This document shows positions 1 to 11,760 of a stretch of 64,000 bases of DNA, in pieces. The DNA comes from the human T2T-CHM13v2.0 reference genome, Homo sapiens. The position numbers and the translations under genes were made by a program. The stretch lies in the NCBI RefSeq assembly GCF_009914755.1, contig NC_060928.1; one strand, 5' to 3'. The notes below the pieces were generated by a model, which saw only the letters and a list, made by a program, of their open reading frames with translations, searched no databases and was not told where the DNA came from. Numbering within the stretch: position 1 is the first letter of the stretch; the number at the start of each line of letters is the position of its first letter.

Positions 1-2097
1 TTTTTGTTTTGTTGTTTCCTGTTTATTATACAATCTGAAATTTGAAACATATTAGGGAAAATGGCATGGGAGAATATAGGTAGGAGGTTGAAACTGAACA
101 CTTCTTCTCACCTAAAAGGAGAAAATGATGCCCAGAGGAGTCCACATCTGGGTATTTCTCAATCTAGGCTCTAGCTGGTACCCTGCTGGCTGGGACCAGG
201 TCATGGCCAGCACCTCTATGACATGTTCAGAGCTGAAGTTATGCTTGGTTGTGTTTCTGAGAAAAGATCTGTCTAGGGAGTGGCTTAGCTGCTTCAGGAG
301 CTGCATCATGATTTGCTTCTGGTCCTTACCAAGTCCTGCCCAGGTAAGCCCTGGTTGTCTGCCCAGTGGGGCCAGAGCTGAGAGTACACTCTTTTGTATG
401 GTGAATGGGATTGTGAAGAAATCCCCCAGTGCAGGACAGCCAGCAGAGCATGTCCTGGGGGCCACAGGCAGCCAAGAGGTCTGGGGTCTGGTGCTGGGGT
501 GGGTGCTGAGAGCTGCCTTAGATATTCTGTGGTTTTCTATCTTCACCTCTGGGCCTTTCCCTATCATCTGTTTAGAGTCAGAAGCATCTCTCAAACAGAA
601 GATGCCACCAGCTCTGTAGAACATGTTCCTACAGTTTACCTCCTCGAATGCAGCTTTAGGATAGGGAGAGAGAATACGAGAGAAGAGATGCTTTTGGATA
701 GTCTTTCTATTCCTCCTGAAAACTTTATCCCCTTGTCTTGAAATACCTGCTGAGGAGAAAAGGGAGAGGAGAAAGTCTGCCATTTGGCACTAAATAACTT
801 GTTGGACTGAAATGGAATGAGGATAATGGAGTACGTTCTTCTTGGGAGAACATGACTTTAAACATTCTGCTTTAATATCTGATATCATGAAATTGTTTAG
901 CCAGCTTGCAAATGAATGCTTTACCCAAGAGTGTGTGTGGGCAACAGTGAGTCTCAAGGGATGATGGGTTCCATCTGACAATTAGGTGTCTTTGCCACTG
1001 TGGAAGGTTGTGGAATCAGCTGCACTTGAATCAAATAAAATTAGTATTTGCTTCAAACCCATTATATGCTCACTATGGTAACAAATATCAAGAGGATGTA
1101 AGGATGCATTTTCCATTGTTACTAGAGAGACAAGAGGTATAGGCTGGGAACAACCTGAATTATGCAAAAATAATATGGTTGCATAGTCTATTAAGGTATC
1201 AAACTGTGTCTTTCTTTCTCATATCCTAAACCCATCGGAGTTGTTTTTTTTTTTTTTCATACCCTAAAGGCTTCATCCTTATATGAGTCATGAGGAACAA
1301 AAGTTGAGATAAGTCTACAATTGGGTGGCTTGGTTAGGTGACCTACTGTTATAAGAAAATTTCAATGTATGTTTCAGGAGCCAGGTTTTCCTCTTTGAGA
1401 GCTAGATTAACTGTGTCACAGGCTGGGAAAGAGATGACTGGAAGGTATCCTAAAGGCTTGAGAGCTACAAGAGAAAAGCTGTGAAGCCACCAGAGTTAGG
1501 GTGCTGCGTGGAACCTGAGCCGGGCAAAAGTTGTTCTCTGGCTGCTTCCTGGTGAGGACCAGCTATCAACCATAGGGCTCAGCCTATTGTTGTTAAAGAG
1601 TCATCTGTATCCCAAGGCTCTGTCTTAGTCTTGTCCAGTCCATTGAGTGGGTATGCCTTCTCTTAGATTTAGATTCTTGGTAACCCCTCCTGGATGGGCA
1701 GATGAGATGCTGGGACCCCTACAAGGTGTTAGTAGTGTGAAGGTATAGCTTTGCCCCTAGTCAAGGGGGGACTTACAGAACTTTTAAAATATCTCCCCCT
1801 GAGCCAGGAAAGTGGTAGAACACAACACAAGTGTACCTAAGTTCTCAAGGGGTGAATATTATTAGGTGGACATAAGATATAATATCCAACTTGGGTCTGT
1901 AATGGTGACGCTGACTATCCCTTGTGCAGACGCAGCCTGAGTCCCCACAGGTTGGGTAAAACAAATCTGAACAACCATCCAAGAGTCAGAAGAGAGGTTT
2001 GAGCCATGGGTCTGACAATTATAAGATCTCTGGCAATTCACTTAAATTTCTGGAATTAATTTCCTTCTATATTAAATGTGGATAGCAATTTTAAAAT

Positions 2098-2470
2098 TAA
2101 CTTATATATGGAATCTAGAACAGTTGAATTTGCAGAAGTAGAGAGTAGAATGATGCTTACTGGGGGCTGTGGGGGTGAGTGGGTGGGAGGGAATAAGGAG
2201 TTGGTAGGAGGGTACAATTTCAGAAAGAAAAGAGGGACAGGTTTTGAGATCTGTCACACAGCAATGTGACTATGGTTAATAATAATTTTTCAAAATAAGA
2301 GTAAATTTCAAATTTCATCACAAAAATAAGCAAGGTGATAGATGTGTTAATTAGCTTGATTTAATCATTCTGCATAGTTTACATATATGGAAACGTCACA
2401 TTATACCCCATAAATGTATACAATTATGATTTATTAACTAAAAATATTAATAAAACAATTAAAAAATTAA
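2098..2470 (+). mobile_element. L1MA-type LINE-1 3' end fragment
   Basis: Typical L1MA 3'UTR text (gagagtagaatgatg..., gttaattagcttgatttaatcattc..., ccccataaatgtatacaatt) ending in an A-rich tail; G-rich run at 2162-2191. Confidence 0.85.
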
Positions 2471-2529
2471 ATTGTATCTGTGAAATCACTTTGGGAACTG
2501 TACGGCACCTATAAACATAAGTTTTATTA

Positions 2530-2645
2530 ACCATTTCTTCATGTATAAAATGAGGATCTGAATAATATCTAAACTTAAGGAGTGTAGCAAAAGTTAAATA
2601 AGGCAACAAAAATATTTTTGAAAGTACTTTGTACCTGAAAGAGCT
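2530..2645 (+). mobile_element. MIR fragment
   Basis: MIR core-like tttcttcatgtataaaatgagg...gaaagtactttg. Confidence 0.55.
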
Positions 2646-3249
2646 TTTGTTATTTTTTTTAGTGCATTTGTGGATTTAGTTGATTTCTTGCTTTAGAGAA
2701 CAAGGTAGCTTTGGCCTAACTTCCTCTTTCCTACTTTCTTATCACTCCACTACCTTCATACTTCTCATACCAAAATATAATAATATTTTTCCTGCTGCAT
2801 ACAGATAATAAGAGAGACTCTGTTTTGCTTGTAAATATAGTTAAAGGAGCTAAATCCTATCTCCTGGTGACTGAGTCTTACCTAAGCAGGAATGAGCACA
2901 TCTGCACGGACATTTCCCCTTCTGCCATTATTCTATCTATAAAAAAAAGCTGTCCCCTGAGTGGTGATTTGTTTAACCATCATCACCATAACCCATTTAT
3001 TTCAATGAAACGCACGTTGAATGCTTCAAATGCAACTTTCTACTCAAATTGTGGCAAAATTGTATCAAGCATCTCTTTAGATCAAAATATCCCACTACTT
3101 CATTTATTTTAAGTGGCAGAGGCTTCTGGCATTTGCCTTAGCCGTTTTGATGGAGATACTCCCTGGAGGAAATAGTCACACCCACTAAAACACAATGAAT
3201 AAATAATGATCAAATCACTGAGGCACATCTTAAAGACTCACTATTTTTA

Positions 3250-3604
<355 letters not shown>

Positions 3605-3662
3605 CTATAATGCATAACACAAAGTGTTACATTTTACTTTTTAAAAAAGTCTCATATATAGT

Positions 3663-5261
3663 TGTATTAGCCTATTTTCATTCCTGAGAGTGAGTAATTA
3701 ATAAAGAAAAAGAGGTTTAATGAACTCCCAGTTCCAAATGGTTGGGGAGGCCTCACAATCATGGTGGAAAATGAACGAGGAGCAAAGGCATGTCTTACCT
3801 GGTGGCAGGCAAGAGAGTGTGTGTGGGGGAACTGGCCTTTATAAAACCATCAGATCTCATGAGACTTATTCACTAGCACAAGAATAGCGTGGGAGATCCC
3901 ATCCCTATGATTCAATTATCTCCCACTGGGTCCCTCCCAGGACACTTGGGGATTATGGGAGCTACAATTCAAGATAAGATTTGGGTGGGGACACAGCCAA
4001 ACCATATCTTTCCCCTATGGCCCCTCCAAAATCCTATGTCCTCATATTTCAAAACACAATCATGCCCTTCCAACAGTTCCCCAAAGCCTTAACTCATTTT
4101 AGCATTAACTCAAAAGTCCATAGTTCAAAGTCTGATCTGAGACAAGGCAAGTCCCTTCCACTTACGAACCTATAAAATCAAAAGCAAGTTAGTTACTTTC
4201 TAGACAATCGAGGTACAGTCATTGGGTAAATACAGTGATTCCAAATGGGAGATATTGGTCAAAACAAAGGCGCTACAGGCCCCGTGCAAATCCAGCGAGG
4301 CAGTTAAATCTTAAAGCTCCAAAATGATCTCCTTTGACCCCATGTCTCACTTTCAGGCCACACTGATGCAAGAGTTGGGTTCCCATGGTCTTAGGCAGCT
4401 CTGCCCCTATGGCTTTGCAAGGTACAGACCCCCTCCTGGCTGCTTTCATGGGCTGGCATTGAGTGTCTTTGGCTTTTCCAGGTGCACAGTGCAAACTGTC
4501 GATGGATCTACTATTCTGGGGTCTGGAGGATGATGGCCCTCTTCTCACAGCTCCACTAGGCAGTGTCCCAGTAGGGACTCTGTGTGAGGGTTTCCACCCC
4601 ACATTTCCCTTCTGCACTGCCCTAGCAGAAGTTCTCCATAAAGGCTCTGCCCTTGCAGCACACCTCTGCCTGCACATCCAGGCATTTCCATACATCCTCT
4701 GAAATCTAGGCAGAGGTTCCCAAACCTTAATTCTTGACTTCTCTGCATCTTCAGGCCTAACACCATGTGGAAACCACCAAGGTTTGGGGCTTACATCCTC
4801 TGAAGCAACAGCCTGAGCTGTACATTGGCCCCTCTTAGCCACCGCTGAGACGCAGAGCACCAAGTCCTGGTACCGATTTACTGTATTAGTCTTAGTCCAT
4901 TTCCATACTGCTATAAAGAAATACCCAAGACTGGGTAATTTATAAAGAAAAAGAAGTTTAATGGACTCACAGTTCCACATGGCTGGGGAGGCCACATAAT
5001 CATGGCAGAAGGCAAAGGAGGAGCAAAGGCACATCTTACATGGCAGCAGTTAAGAAAGCGTGTGCAGGGGACCTGCCCTTTATAAAACCATCAGATCTTA
5101 AGAGGTTTATTCACTAACACGAGAACAGCATGGGAAAACCTGCCCGCATGATTCAATTACCTCCCACCAGGTAATTTGCATGTCCCTCCCAGGACACATG
5201 GGGATTATGGAAGCTACAATTCGAGAAGAGATTTGGGTGGGAACACAGCCAAACCATATCA
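3663..5261 (-). mobile_element. THE1C-like MaLR provirus with internal deletion: LTR 3663-4009, internal 4010-4881, LTR 4882-5261
   Basis: Both LTRs read tgtattag...gccaaaccatatc (reverse complement of the THE1 LTR); 5-bp target-site duplication ATAGT at 3658-3662 and 5262-5266; internal part only ~870 bp. Confidence 0.95.
4273..5034 (-). other. ATG-initiated 253-aa ORF joining LTR sequence to the C-terminal part of the MaLR internal ORF; translation not shown
   Basis: ORF track; contains the MaLR ORF text VWEPLPRFQRMYGNAWM...WRTSARAVQKGNVG; crosses the deletion junction near 4868. Confidence 0.3.
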
Positions 5262-5577
5262 ATAGTTAAAATCTTAGATGTAGACTTAATATTTTTGAAG
5301 ACAAAAAATATAAAATAAAAAAGTAGTTAAATATTTTTCTAGGATCTCTATCAATGCGTTTTACTTTTACATAGTGATTATCAATGTACACAATCCTTAA
5401 AGCTCTATTTTCATTCAGGGGTATATTTTCATAAAGCAAGGCTCACTTTTTTTGTTCGATGTTTCATTTCATAATTTGCATGATCGCTGGCTCTATTGAA
5501 ACAGTTCATCTGGCTATAAAAGAGTCATTTTCTCCTTATTCATTGCTAATCTCCCCATATCCAAATTGTTTAAATAA

Positions 5578-5730
5578 CTGGTTCTCCCCATTACATGAAC
5601 ATCTGAATCACCCTTGGAGATTATGAAAACAAAGAGGTTATTTTGTCTTATACCAGACTTACTGAATCAGAATCCATGGAGGGTCCCTGCTTGTGATTTT
5701 GAAAAAGCTCTTCAGGAGATTTTGATGATG
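5578..5730. mobile_element. MER5-like hAT-Charlie MITE fragment
   Basis: gaatcaccc...ccagacttactgaatcagaatc...aagctcttcaggagattttgatg. Confidence 0.6.
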
Positions 5731-5826
5731 GAAATGATTATATTGATCGAATGATATATACTGTGCAGATACAGCTAAGATCAGCTTCAGAACAAACCAT
5801 TATCTTCTTTAGCTGATGTTTAAGTG

Positions 5827-5844
5827 CACACACACACACACACA
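5827..5844. repeat. (CA)n microsatellite
   Basis: Direct reading. Confidence 0.9.
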
Positions 5845-5977
5845 GAGTTTAATTGTCATGTAATTCTAACTGTGAAAGACATAGTCAGCTCTAGCATACC
5901 ATATCTTGTTTTGCATATTCTCTGCTAGCCTTACAGGTTTATGCACCTCATATCTGTTAAACTAGATCATAAACTAA

Positions 5978-6373
<396 letters not shown>

Positions 6374-6914
6374 CCATGTTTGTGTTTTCTTGCTCTTCAA
6401 CCACCTTTTTCATGGAACCACTCTGTTGTCTTTTCCACTCCTGGCCTTCTAAATGGAGCCAACCTACCCATTCCTACTGGGAAGCAGGTGGTGAAACAGC
6501 TGCAGTCTCAGGTGTTTACTCAGGCTCAACTTAGCTTGCCCATGCAACCCTTCCTCTTTTGAGCTAATCTCCCATGATTCCTTCTCTTGGTTTCACAGTT
6601 CTTAGAGATTCATTCATTTATTAACTCATTCAGACCTTTAGACACAATTCCTTACATGTCTATGCCAGATACTGAAGATAGAATGGCAGATACCCTATCC
6701 TATCCGCCAGTGAGGATCTTGCTATCTGGTGATCATTCTGGGTAAGAGTTCTTTCTTCAGAGAAGGAAATCAGGCAGCCAGTCCTGGATGCTGCATTAGG
6801 GTAGAAGTATCTACTTTCCAAGTTACCAAGCCCTAGCTCACATTTTGTTTCTAAAATACTTGAAATTTTTGCCATAAAATGTAAGTACGTTTTTGTGCAA
6901 CACGCATTGATTTA

Positions 6915-7040
6915 TGCATTAATCTTGTTTCCCCAGCTAGGCTGTAAGCTCCTTGATGGGTCAAAAACAATGTTATTTGTATTCTCTGTAACAAACAAAG
7001 TAACATATAATGTGTGGATTTATTGATTTCTGTAAATAAG
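6915..7040 (+). mobile_element. L2 3' end fragment
   Basis: tttccccagctaggctgtaagctccttgatgg, characteristic of the L2 3' end. Confidence 0.6.
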
Positions 7041-7569
7041 AGATGAAGTGGCTCTGAGACTTGGCTCATATTCCTGAAAGATTCGACTTGCCTTGTACTG
7101 CTCTACATATCCCACCTCCCTCTCTACTTCACTACATTCCAGGAGTCATCAATTTGATCCCTGTCTGTTAGCACCTGCTACTCTTTTGACTCCTTGACTT
7201 GCTCTGCAGGCATTCAACAAATCATCAGCTTTTTCTGCTCTTATATTCTGGCAGCAGAGCCCTTTGGAGAAAAGCCACATCATGATACAGATGGGGACTC
7301 CAACACACTCCTGGTCTCCATCTTCAGCCGGGAACTCGGCTCTGCTTGGCACACACTGCATGTTTTTTTTTTTTTTTTAATCTCTCATCAGTGTTTGCTC
7401 CTGTTCCCAGGGCAGCTCTTTCAGCTTGACACTTCTTTCCTGAGGTCCTCTTCTTACCCACCTTCTCCCTCTCTCTCTGATAATAAATATCACAGAGAGA
7501 ATGGAGCTTTATGAATGTACACCTCATCTTCCTAGAAAACCTCATCCTCAATCTCTCCCTTTTGTGAGG

Positions 7570-7800
7570 AAGGAAGTCACATCTCACCTCTTCCATTTTC
7601 TCCTGCTGAAGGCCAGTCCCTTCACCTGTACCCTTGATCCTCTCCTCTCTTGCCTTTTACAGGCTCATGCTCCATCCATTAATAAACTTCTGGCCTGACT
7701 CATCAACCCTCCTCTCTATTGGCTATTTCCCTTCAGCATAAATAAGATGCACTATTTTCCACCCTCAAAAATCAACATTGGTTCTCAGTATCCCTTCTAT
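7570..7800 (+). mobile_element. L2 fragment
   Basis: aaggccagtcccttcacctgtacccttgatcc...ttcccttcagcataaa. Confidence 0.55.
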
Positions 7801-8049
7801 ATTTCTCTTTCTGCAGGATGATAGATTAGAAGTTTTAACTGAGGCAAGCAGACAGATTTGAAATGTCAGCGTGAACTGTGAGACAGACCTAGAATGAGTT
7901 ATGTGACTGCAACCAAGGTACAAAGATGGTACCAGTGGAAATGGGGAGGACTTCCACCAGATTTCTTCAAAAATTCAATATGTGCTTTCTGTAGTTGACC
8001 TGGTGTGGGGTGGTGGTGGGGTCAGTTTTAAGCATCAAAAAGAATGTAT

Positions 8050-8275
8050 AATATCTCATATTAATTTTTATATTGGTTACACATTTAAATGATAAATTTT
8101 AGATATCTTGGGTTAAAAATGCATCATTAAAATTAATTTTACTTGTTTGTTTTTTACTTTTTTAATGTGGGTACTAGAAAATGTAAAACTAACCATGTAG
8201 CTCACATTTGTGGCTTGCATTTGTTGCTTGTATTTGTGGCTTGCATTCTGTTTCTATTGAACATTATGGATCTAG
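8050..8275. mobile_element. MER33/MER3-family hAT-Charlie fragment with a 13-bp triplication at 8206-8244
   Basis: aaatgataaattttagatatcttgggttaa...ctagaaaatgtaaaact...gtagctcacatt; unit atttgtggcttgc x3. Confidence 0.7.
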
Positions 8276-9059
8276 AGGGTAAGAAAGGCTGAGAGAAGGG
8301 GATCTCTTGTTGTACTCATATCAGTTTCTATTTCCAGAGTTTTTAAGCATACCTATACATAAGTGTTTCAGACATAGAGCCATACAGGAGAATGATCCTG
8401 GAGCTCCTTTGACTGCTACCTAAGAGGACCACCTGGCCAGGCCAAGATAGGATTCTGAAAGGCAGAGTCAGAGTGGAGTGGACTCCTGAAAACCAGGGGT
8501 TTGTGGGGCAGCAGCCACAGGAGGAAGGAAGGAATTACCTACTTCATAGGAGTGGCCATAAGGGGGGCCCAGCAGAGGAACCACAAACACTCTAAGAGGA
8601 AGACTCCGCTTGAAAAATCTCCCAGACCCTACTAGTTTGAAGCTTGGTTACTGAAGTACCAGTCAAGAACTTTCTGGCCCCCTGAATAGCATCTAGTGAG
8701 TGGCCAAGGAGGTCAATGTGAACTGGCTGAGCATATTTCGATCTTCGCAGTTTGATTAAGGATTGTAAGGTTAAGGAAGTAGATCTGATCTCAGAGCAGT
8801 GGCTGTCTATGATTTTGCTGGCCCTGATCCCTGGTCAATTTGGCTTTGTTATGTAACAAACCACACCCAAAACACAGTAGCTTCAACTTCTGAATACCTC
8901 CACAAGACTGATTTGCTTTTCCAGCTTCCATAAATATTTAGTGAATAAGGTTGTTCCCATATCGTTAGATACATAAAGCTCTTGGCACTGTATCTTTATT
9001 ATTGATTGAGTTATTATCTAGCAACTATTTGCTCTTCAATCCCCTTCTCTAAGGCACAG

Positions 9060-9604
9060 CAGCAGTTCTCAAATATTTTGGCCTTAGGGTATCTTTTACT
9101 CTTTAAAAATTATATATATATATATAATATATATGTGTGTATTAATGTATTATATACAAATCTAAATGTAATAGAAATTAAAACTGAAAAAATTTAAAAG
9201 TATGCATTCACTGAGATTCATTGACAAATAATAATTACATGTTAACGTAAATTTTTTTAGAAAAATAAAAATATTTTTCAAAATAAAAAATAATGAGAAG
9301 AATAACACTGTTTTATATTTTCAAATCTCCTTAGTGTTTAGCTTAACAGAAATCAACTGAATTCTAAGATCTCTCTCTACATTCAGTCTGTTGTGATATA
9401 TTATTTTCTGCTTAAGTTTATGAAGAAAACCTGATCTCACACTGGTAAGTAGTTGGAAAAAAAAAGAGAGTATTTTAAATCCTTCTTTGATACTACACCA
9501 AAATGCCACTGTATACTCATGGGAGACTGAGGGTAAGCAAATATACACTTTAATACAATTATGAGAAAAATTTTGGCCACAGGGCCCACACTTTGGAAAC
9601 CATG
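9060..9604. mobile_element. MER119-like hAT-Charlie element with internal (TA)n
   Basis: Terminal inverted repeats cagcagttctcaaa / tttggaaaccatg; internal agaaattaaaactga and gatactacaccaaaa. Confidence 0.7.
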
Positions 9605-9689
9605 GGAGTAGAGGATACTTTCTTGTCTCACTGATTTGGTCAGCCAATAGAATGTGTGTGAAAACAGGCCTTAAATGTATCTGCTCAAT

Positions 9690-9938
9690 TTGGCTTGGCT
9701 CTTACACTCTTGTGAGCTCCCATGAGCAAAGGAGGTGCTGGGCACTGGCTTGATGTGAGGAGAATGTGGAAATGTGGAGAAAATCTGAATCCAACCCTCA
9801 GACTGAAGCCTGGGTCCCAGAGTTCAGCTGAGCCCAGCTGTGTTGCAGTGGACAGATGACCTGTGAGCAAGAAATAAAGGTTAATAATTTGGAGGTGGTT
9901 TGTCATGCAGCATTAGTGCAGCAATACAATCTGGTACT
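9690..9938 (+). mobile_element. MLT1-family LTR fragment
   Basis: 3' end text tgtgagcaagaaataaa...tttggaggtggtttgtcatgcagcattag. Confidence 0.65.
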
Positions 9939-10539
9939 TAAAAAAATAAAACCAACCAACCAACCAACAAACAAACATAAAAATCACAGGGTGGAGAATA
10001 GATTGGCTTCTCTTCTTTCCATGTCCAGATTATCATATATTTGTAAACTTTCTGGTTGCAAAGGGAAGAAATTAATCTACCACAATAATGATTGTGTTAA
10101 TTCATCGAAGTCCTTTCCTTCTAGTTTGTTTTGACTTCCTTCTTCCTTTCTCCCCCTCCTCTTATCTTTCCTTTTTTCATTCTTTATGTCTTTTATCTTC
10201 TTTGACTACTGAACCTTTCAAATTTGTTGGGCACCAGGAATACAAAACAAATAGGATCAGCCTTCTGATTTGGAGGGGGAAATAGACTATAGACAAATAA
10301 TGGAGCCCCATGTAAGGGGTCCTGCAGTAAGTTGCTTATAGAAGGTAGTTGTATACAGAAGGTAGAAAAAAGGGAAAGGTCACCTCTGGCTGTTCCTCCT
10401 CAGAGTCACTGAACACTGAACACAGGGCCTTCCCTGTGCTAGGAGCTGAGGTGAACAAGGAGAGTTCCAGCCCTTGCTCTCTTCCTTCCAACTTTTTGGA
10501 GCACGGTAGTTCCCTTCTGTGAAGCCACCACACTCTTAT

Positions 10540-10837
10540 TTTATTTTATTTTTTGGAGACAGAGTCTTGCTCTGTTGCCCAGGCTGGAGTGCAGTGGCAG
10601 GGTCATAGCTCACTGCAGCCTTGAAGTCCTGGGCTAAAGTGATCCTCCCACCCCAGCCTCCCGAGTAGCTGGGACTACAGGTAGTGCCACCACTCCCGAC
10701 TAATTTTAAAAATATTTTTGTAGAGATGGGGTCTTGCTGTGTTGCCCAGGGTAGTCTCTAACTGCTGGTTTTAAACAGTCTTCCCACCTCGGCCTCCCAA
10801 ATATTGGGATGACAGGCGTGAGCCACTGTGCCAGCCC
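10540..10837 (-). mobile_element. AluJ element
   Basis: Antisense Alu; target-site duplication cacactcttat at 10529-10539 and 10841-10851. Confidence 0.95.
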
Positions 10838-10859
10838 AATCACACTCTTATCTCAGGGT

Positions 10860-11190
10860 TCTTCACACACTTTATTCCCTCTTCTGGAAATCTCTCTCTT
10901 CCTCTTCACATAGCTACCAACTTTGGGTCCCTTCCCTAGGAAGGACTTCTCTACATCTGGGAGTAAGTTAAATTCCTCTTCTAGTTTTATTCATAGCATT
11001 TGATCTATCTTTCACTGTAATGTTTATCATACTTGCATTACTAATTAAATGTCAATTTTTCCTGCTGGACAACTAGTCCAAACCAGCTTTCTCTGGGTTA
11101 ATGCCCTGTCCCCAGCAACTAGGAAGTAGCTCAGCACAGAACACATAGAAGGGACTGTCAGTAAATATTAAGTGAATTGAACTGAAATGG
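10860..11190 (+). mobile_element. L2 3' end fragment
   Basis: Ends in tcagtaaatattaagtgaattgaactgaa, typical of the L2 terminus. Confidence 0.6.
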
Positions 11191-11389
11191 CTCAGGCCTG
11201 TTATGTGTGTGAGATAATAGGCATGTGGGGAGGAGGCAGGGAAGAGAATGTACAGAAATTGCATCAACAATCAGTTCACTTCCTAAGTCCTTGAAGAAAA
11301 TGCCTAAATTACTACCCAAGTTGATCCCTAAAGTTAGGGGAAAAAAAGAGAAATCCAATTTGGGTCTCCAAAGAGTTGAGCAGCACTGG

Positions 11390-11760
11390 GCACTGCCGAG
11401 AACTCCAACAGCTGGAAAATTCCACTCCGGAGCAGCTGGCCTTACGGATGGCTCATGACGCAGGCAGTGTTTGGCGATAACATTTCCTGGAATTGATGCG
11501 TTATCTGCAGCGTGTGCGGCTCAGCAAGCTTGCCTTATTCACAGGAATACAAAAGCCCGTGCAGCGCAGCGCTGCTTTTGTATCGAGCTCATCCTGGAAG
11601 GCGAGGCGGGAGGCTGCGCCCAGGGAGTTCTGCGCGCTCCGTTGGCGGCTCACGCAGGTGCTGGGGGAGCAGGAGCGGGGCCCTGCCTGCCCCAGCACCT
11701 TGTCTCGATTGTTATCGCGAGGGGTCACTGCTCTTGCCCTGTCCCCGCTATGCTGAAATC
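11390..11760. promoter_or_regulatory. Small CpG-island-like promoter or enhancer
   Basis: About 25 CpGs (hand count) in ~360 bp of non-repeat DNA in an otherwise CpG-depleted window. Motifs: TGACGCA 11456-11462, TTCCTGGAA 11484-11492, GGCGGGA 11605-11611, TATCGCGAGG 11713-11722; palindromic E-box ggccacgtggcc nearby at 11943-11954. Confidence 0.7.

Noticed and set aside
2162-2191. G-quadruplex-capable G runs
   Set aside because: Ordinary G-rich tract of the L1 3'UTR.
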